DNA from: Myxococcota bacterium
GTDB taxonomy: Bacteria > Myxococcota_A > Polyangia > Polyangiales > Houyiibacteriaceae
Length of the DNA: 64,000 bases
Direction: 5' to 3'
Assembly: GCA_039030515.1 (NCBI GenBank)
Contig: JBCCEA010000001.1
Coordinates: 96,001 to 160,000, forward strand
Shown here: one piece after another, positions 61,858 through 64,000 of the stretch
Layout of the letters: each line of letters begins with the position of its first letter
Position numbering within the stretch: position 1 is the stretch's first letter
Made by a program: the position numbers and the translations under genes
The notes under the pieces: generated by a model
The model's input: only the letters and a program-made list of their open reading frames with translations
The model's database searches: none
Told to the model about the DNA's origin: nothing

Positions 61858-64000
61858 TTACCGTCGCAAAAGCCTCAGCGCGTTGGCGACCACCAAGAGT
61901 GACGCGCCCATGTCGGCCGCCACGGCTCCCCACAACGTGGCGATACCGGCGAAAGTCAACACGACGAAAACAACCTTGATGCCCAGCGCGAGGACGGTGT
62001 TCCACCGGATCACCGACAGGGTCGCGTGTGAGTGCTCCACGAGCCAAGCCAGTTTGGACAGGTCGTCGCTCATCAACGCGATGTCGGCTGTCTCGATGGC
62101 GACGTCCGTTCCTGCCGCGCCCATCGCGACGCCCAGCGTCGCTCGCGCCAGCGCGGGCGCGTCGTTGACGCCATCGCCAATCATCGCGACGGGACCGACC
62201 TCGCGCTCGAGCCGTTCGACAGCCGACACCTTGTCCTCGGGCAGCAGCTCCGAGTGGACCTCGTCGACGCCAACTTGTGCGCCCACGGCGGACGCTGTGG
62301 CAGCGTTGTCACCGGTCAACATGACGACGGAGCGCACGCCGGCGGTGCGCAGCGCAGCCAAGGCGGCGCTCGACTCTGGCCGAACCTCGTCCGCGACCGC
62401 GATCAAGCCACAGACGTGATCTTCGTTGCCCACAACGACGACCGAGCGCCCCGCTGAGGACAACGCCTCCAGTCGCTCGTGGTGCTCTGGCTCTTCCTGT
62501 CCACGCTCCTCGAGCCACCGATGGGACCCCAGCCAGAAGGCTCGCCCGTCGATGTGGCCCTGGACGCCCTTGCCATGAACGGCGGTCACATCGGTGGCTG
62601 GCAGCGCATCGACACCGGCCTGTTCCGCTCTGCGCAAAATCGCCGCGGCGATGGGGTGGGTGGACATCCGTTCGAGCGCGGCGGCCCGGCCCAGCAGCGC
62701 GTTCTCGTCGTGCTCGGCCAGCGGCACAACATCCACCACGCTGGGGCGTCCGAAGGTCAGTGTTCCCGTCTTGTCGAGCGCGACGACCGCGAGCTTCGCT
62801 GGAAGTTCGGCGACTCGCCCTCCCTTGAGCAGAACACCATGCCGCGCGGACGCCGCCAGCGAAGCGACGATCGCCACAGGGGTCGAGATGACGAGCGCAC
62901 ACGGGCAACCGATGACCAGCAGCACGAGCGCGCGATACGTCCAATCCGACCATTCGCCACCAAAGAGAAGCGGAGGCACGAGCGCGACCAGCAGAGCGCT
63001 GGCGAAGATCAACGGGGTGTAGATCCGTGCGAAGCGCTCGACAAACCGCTCGGAGGCGGAACGATTCGCCTGGCTGTCGGCGACCTGCCTCACGATCCGC
63101 GCGAGCGTCGTCTCCCCAGCCGCTTGGGTCGAGATCACCTCAATGGCGCCCGAGCCGTTGATGGTGCCAGCGAAGACCTGGTCACCTGGTTCTTTCTCGA
63201 CGGGCACCGACTCCCCGGTGATGGGCGCCTGGTCGACCTCGGTTCGCCCGGACTCCACGCGACCGTCGAGGCCAATGCGTTCGCCCGGAAGGACCGTGAA
63301 GACCGTCCCTACCGCGACCTCGGCAGGATCGACTTCACGTTCTTCTCCGCCCTCGCTTCGCACCCGGACGGTGTCTGGGGCGAGGCGCATGAGCGCCTCG
63401 ACTGCCCGGCGAGCACGGCCGACACTCCACGCTTCGAGCGCCAGGGACAGGGCGAAGAGTGACGACACCGTCGCGGCCTCGAACCACTCGCCGATCGCGA
63501 TAGCGCCAGCCACCGCGATGGTCATGAGCAGGTTCATGTCTGGCCGCACCGAGCGCAGCGCGTACCACGCCTTGGGCAGCACGACCCAAAGCCCGGCGGC
63601 GACTGCGATGAGGTAGACAGCCTGGGCGACCCAGGGTACGGCGTGAGCGAGGCCGGCGCCTTCAGAACCAATCGCGGCCGTCGCGCCCTCGAGAGCGGCG
63701 TGGATCGAGAAGCCGCCAATGGTGGCGGCGATGCTGACCACCACGAGCCCCTCTCGACGGCCGAAGCGGCCTTTGGAGGCATCTGGTGCGCGATCGTTGG
63801 TCCAGGGCTCGGCCCGCATGCCGGTCGCGGCGACCGCGTCCATCACCGCCGCGCAGTCGACGGGAACGCGCGCCGTCATCCGACCCGTGAGCACGTCGAA
63901 GGTCAACGCCTCTTCAGGGACCAGGCCGGCCAGTGCGCGCTTGAGGACTGCTACCTCTTCGGCGCAGTCCATCCCATGGATCTTGAAGGATGTGCCGCCG
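61858..64000 (-). CDS. cadA: Heavy-metal P1B-type ATPase (P1B-2, CadA/ZntA-like); 5' end beyond the window
   Basis: GMDCAEE, TGES, CPC, DKTGT, HP, GDGVNDAP, TM Lys (LGIK) and ADMG; frame stays open to the window edge. Confidence 0.9.
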   Translation of the reverse strand, partial: GGTSFKIHGMDCAEEVAVLKRALAGLVPEEALTFDVLTGRMTARVPVDCAAVMDAVAATGMRAEPWTNDRAPDASKGRFGRREGLVVVSIAATIGGFSIHAALEGATAAIGSEGAGLAHAVPWVAQAVYLIAVAAGLWVVLPKAWYALRSVRPDMNLLMTIAVAGAIAIGEWFEAATVSSLFALSLALEAWSVGRARRAVEALMRLAPDTVRVRSEGGEEREVDPAEVAVGTVFTVLPGERIGLDGRVESGRTEVDQAPITGESVPVEKEPGDQVFAGTINGSGAIEVISTQAAGETTLARIVRQVADSQANRSASERFVERFARIYTPLIFASALLVALVPPLLFGGEWSDWTYRALVLLVIGCPCALVISTPVAIVASLAASARHGVLLKGGRVAELPAKLAVVALDKTGTLTFGRPSVVDVVPLAEHDENALLGRAAALERMSTHPIAAAILRRAEQAGVDALPATDVTAVHGKGVQGHIDGRAFWLGSHRWLEERGQEEPEHHERLEALSSAGRSVVVVGNEDHVCGLIAVADEVRPESSAALAALRTAGVRSVVMLTGDNAATASAVGAQVGVDEVHSELLPEDKVSAVERLEREVGPVAMIGDGVNDAPALARATLGVAMGAAGTDVAIETADIALMSDDLSKLAWLVEHSHATLSVIRWNTVLALGIKVVFVVLTFAGIATLWGAVAADMGASLLVVANALRLLRR

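Overview
Chromosomal window from what looks like a myxobacterium (Myxococcota, probably Polyangia-like). This is inferred from the TIGR04563-type small protein, the CdnL/CarD gene, the PilZ, FHA and Hanks-kinase genes and the split nuo cluster. Positions 1-59.3 kb are mostly housekeeping: secA, argJ, rpsB-tsf-pyrH-frr with an S2/t44-type leader, rng, carD/cdnL, fabH, ctpA, thyA-folA, nuoEF-J-KLMN, lepB, miaE, tsaB, large purL and lpd. Signalling genes and uncharacterised envelope proteins are interspersed among them. At tRNA-Asn(GTT) (59322-59394) the sequence becomes visibly more GC-rich and a heavy-metal island begins. It contains a DUF5990-like gene, a MerR operator and merR-family gene, a CopZ-NT/2Fe-2S-MerT-HMA fusion and a P1B-2 ATPase cut by the window edge. 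The most unusual observations are: (1) an orphan gene with a eukaryote-like MDM2-type (C2H2C4) RING finger plus two hydrophobic helices; (2) NuoL with a ~220-aa C-terminal soluble PKD-like/FHA-like extension; (3) the four-part metal-handling fusion; (4) a cytochrome c-copper monooxygenase lipoprotein; (5) a glycogen-synthase-like protein lacking catalytic motifs; (6) a histone H1-like protein next to an acidic-tailed DUF72-like protein. All family calls come from recognising motifs by eye; no searches were run.
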